A stretch of 64,000 nt of DNA from an uncultured Nitrospiraceae bacterium (lineage in GTDB: Bacteria > Nitrospirota > Thermodesulfovibrionia > Thermodesulfovibrionales > Dissulfurispiraceae). Of the stretch, positions 62,249 through 64,000 are shown one piece after another (positions within the stretch are counted from its first letter, which is position 1; every line of letters starts with the position of its first letter). The stretch lies in the NCBI GenBank assembly GCA_963705105.1, contig CAVPIW010000005.1, positions 448,001 to 512,000 of the forward strand, written 5' to 3'. Made by a program: the position numbers and the translations under genes. Below the pieces are notes generated by a model. It was given only the letters and a program-made list of their open reading frames with translations, made no database searches and was not told the origin of the DNA.

Positions 62249-62472
62249 GAAAATCCTCTGTCGATCCCGGATCCCGGTGTGTTTTTTGGTGCACGGAGAC
62301 TCCGGGAATGCAATGTATCTTCTTGAAATTCAGTGATTAAATTCCGAGCGGCCTTAAATGGGCAGTCTGTCGCGCCTCCGTACACCATATGCTTCATTAT
62401 CGGATGATCGGCGGCGAACTTAACCTGATTTCATTGCGATCACGGGTTGTCAGCCTTTAATGAGAAAGATGC

Positions 62473-62502
62473 TATGGTTCAAAGCCTTTCCAATGCGATG
62501 AT
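62473..62502 (+). repeat. Family C partial copy
   Basis: tatggttcaaagcctttccaatgcgatgat. Confidence 0.75.
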
Positions 62503-62603
62503 AATTCATCAATCAAGGTGTCGGGTGCCTGCAGTCTGCCATGCTTTTGACACCGGTCGACACGGAAAAGGGTGGTGACCGGGAGCTGACAAATGCCGCA
62601 GTA

Positions 62604-63140
62604 TCAGAAGGGGCCGGCGGACAGGATGAGGAGGAACTCCCCGACCATCGACCTGCGCAGGTCGATGGCTATCTGCATCTGTGCGACAAATTCCCTGTAG
62701 GGTCTTGCCGGGCCTTCGGCCATGTGACGGAGCAGTGCGTCGCAGAAATACCAGGTGCAGCGGAAAGGACGGTCTGTCCGTTTCATCCGGCATCCTGTCG
62801 TCGAGAGGAAGTGGCAGGGATCCGTGTCGGGCAATCCACTGTTATAGAGAGGCGGTTTGAGCCCCCGGGCTGCGACGAAAATCATGTCCCTGTAGTCGTG
62901 ATAGGAGTGCCTGTTGATACAGCAGACACGCAGGCAAAGGGGGCAAACGGCGGACGTGAGCTGATCGACATATGGTTCCATTGCGGTGATTGATTCAGCA
63001 AAATTACGGGCCAGCCTCTTGACGCCGCGGAGCTTTTCGGACTGCACGGAGAAAAATTCATCAAGCTCCCTGACCGCCCTGTCGAAGCGGTCACGGCGGC
63101 GGCCCGTCGGGTCATCATCGAGCAGATATAACAGCTCCAT
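62604..63140 (-). CDS. YkgJ-like (CxxCxxxCC) cysteine-cluster protein
   Basis: CPLCLRVCC...CHFLSTTGC...RPFRCTWYFC; likely start ATG 63140. Confidence 0.75.
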   Translation of the reverse strand: MELLYLLDDDPTGRRRDRFDRAVRELDEFFSVQSEKLRGVKRLARNFAESITAMEPYVDQLTSAVCPLCLRVCCINRHSYHDYRDMIFVAARGLKPPLYNSGLPDTDPCHFLSTTGCRMKRTDRPFRCTWYFCDALLRHMAEGPARPYREFVAQMQIAIDLRRSMVGEFLLILSAGPF

Positions 63141-63185
63141 ACGGGTATGGTATAGTAAAGGGTAATTTTGATCAATGGCCGCACC

Positions 63186-63359
63186 ATGAACATGACCTGC
63201 AAGGAATGCTCCGGAGAGCTGAGACTCGTGGCCGGTTGAAAATCGGTCGTGTTTCGCTGCACGTTGTGCAGCAGGATCTTCCAGATCTCGGAGTACCTGG
63301 ACGAAATCGACGAGAGGACATGGGCGATCATAGAGCGTCGCCCCTGCAACCGCGTATAG
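63186..63359 (+). CDS. Dual-CxxC small protein with in-frame UGA, probable selenoprotein
   Basis: MNMTCKECSGELRLVAG-TGA(63237)-KSVVFRCTLCSRIFQISEYLDEIDERTWAIIERRPCNRV*. Confidence 0.75.
63256..63272 (+). promoter_or_regulatory. Putative bacterial SECIS hairpin
   Basis: gctgcac-gtt-gtgcagc; the stem starts 16 nt after the TGA and the loop begins with G. Confidence 0.6.
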
Positions 63360-63370
63360 AATGGGAAATA

Positions 63371-63590
63371 TAAACATTATCGTTGCAATACACTCCCGGG
63401 AAAGGCGGGTGTATGCGCCGAAAACTTTGCTGCGGAGACACCTGTATCAAAACCAAAGATGAACTATACGCCAATGGTCGATGACACAAAGAGTGAAATC
63501 CTGAAACACGAAGCTGACGATGCGTATCGTCGCCTTCAGCAAGGCTTTGAGGCGCTTCGCCCCGCCTTTTCATGCAACAGAAAGGTAAAC
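63371..63590 (+). repeat. Family A full copy A7, bounded by TAAAC on both sides
   Basis: taaacattatcgttgca...tgcaacagaaaggtaaac. Confidence 0.95.
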
Positions 63591-63592
63591 AA

Positions 63593-64000
63593 ATGGAACA
63601 GTATCTGAACAGATTGAGGGACATTTTTCGTGCCATCGACAGTTTTTATGATATGGCGATGAAGCACTATGATTTCAGCTGTGCCGGATGCGATGACAAC
63701 TGCTGCGTCACCAAATTCCAACACCATACCATTGCGGAGGAATATTATCTCCGTGAGGGGATCGAACGCTTGGATGAAAGCAGGAAGGGTGCATTGAGGA
63801 CCAGGGCTGCCGCGGTTGCGGCGAAGCACCTCGCCTCGCCGGAAGACGCGAGGGTCATGTGCCCGTTGAACGAGAACGGACTGTGTGTCCTGTACGAGCA
63901 TCGTCCGATGATCTGCAGGATTCACGGCGTTCCCTTCGAGCTGCACAAGCCCGATATGTCCATCGAATACGGAACGGGCTGTCACCGCTTCCAGGCTGAG
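63593..64000 (+). CDS. YkgJ family cysteine-cluster protein (runs off the window end)
   Basis: MEQYLNRL...CAGCDDNCC...CPLNENGLCVLYEHRPMICR.HG. Confidence 0.85.
   Translation, partial: MEQYLNRLRDIFRAIDSFYDMAMKHYDFSCAGCDDNCCVTKFQHHTIAEEYYLREGIERLDESRKGALRTRAAAVAAKHLASPEDARVMCPLNENGLCVLYEHRPMICRIHGVPFELHKPDMSIEYGTGCHRFQAE

Noticed and set aside
62604..63377. 257-aa version of the minus-strand ORF
   Set aside because: The first 79 aa overlap the better-supported plus-strand CxxC gene; ATG 63140 is the more plausible start.

Overview
A GC-rich bacterial chromosomal window. Gene content and order suggest Nitrospirota (Thermodesulfovibrionia-like), or less likely Desulfobacterota; this is an inference. 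The housekeeping backbone includes an ABC/MFP exporter, nth, rpsT, holA-lptE-leuS, ccdA-mog-MOSC, mnmA, pcm, a PpiC-type PPIase, rpmH-yidD-yidC-mnmE (with no rnpA) and a PilB/Pil-Chp-like chemosensory cluster. Three accessory regions interrupt it. (1) About 6.2-7.3 kb: intact hicBA plus decayed toxin-antitoxin and group II intron fragments. (2) About 8.4-16.95 kb: an island bounded by a 209-bp direct repeat of a methyltransferase 3' end. It encodes five co-oriented secreted proteins, three of them Cys-rich, including a PASTA + EGF-like repeat protein with a 2-bp frameshift. (3) About 39.8-45.3 kb: an AT-richer island behind mnmE with a YprB/DUF429 double-nuclease gene, a truncated PurA-like gene lacking the catalytic Asp, an hsdR remnant, radC and an AlbA_2/HATPase protein. 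Intergenic regions carry at least four dispersed palindromic repeat families. The largest is a ~200-220-bp long-hairpin element with 4 full and 3 partial copies; in one copy the interior is flipped relative to the ends. An unannotated dual-CxxC small protein with an in-frame TGA and a SECIS-like hairpin (63186-63359), probably a selenoprotein, lies between two YkgJ-like genes. I saw no rRNA, tRNA, CRISPR array or intact transposase/integrase. All family assignments come from motif recognition by eye, not database searches.
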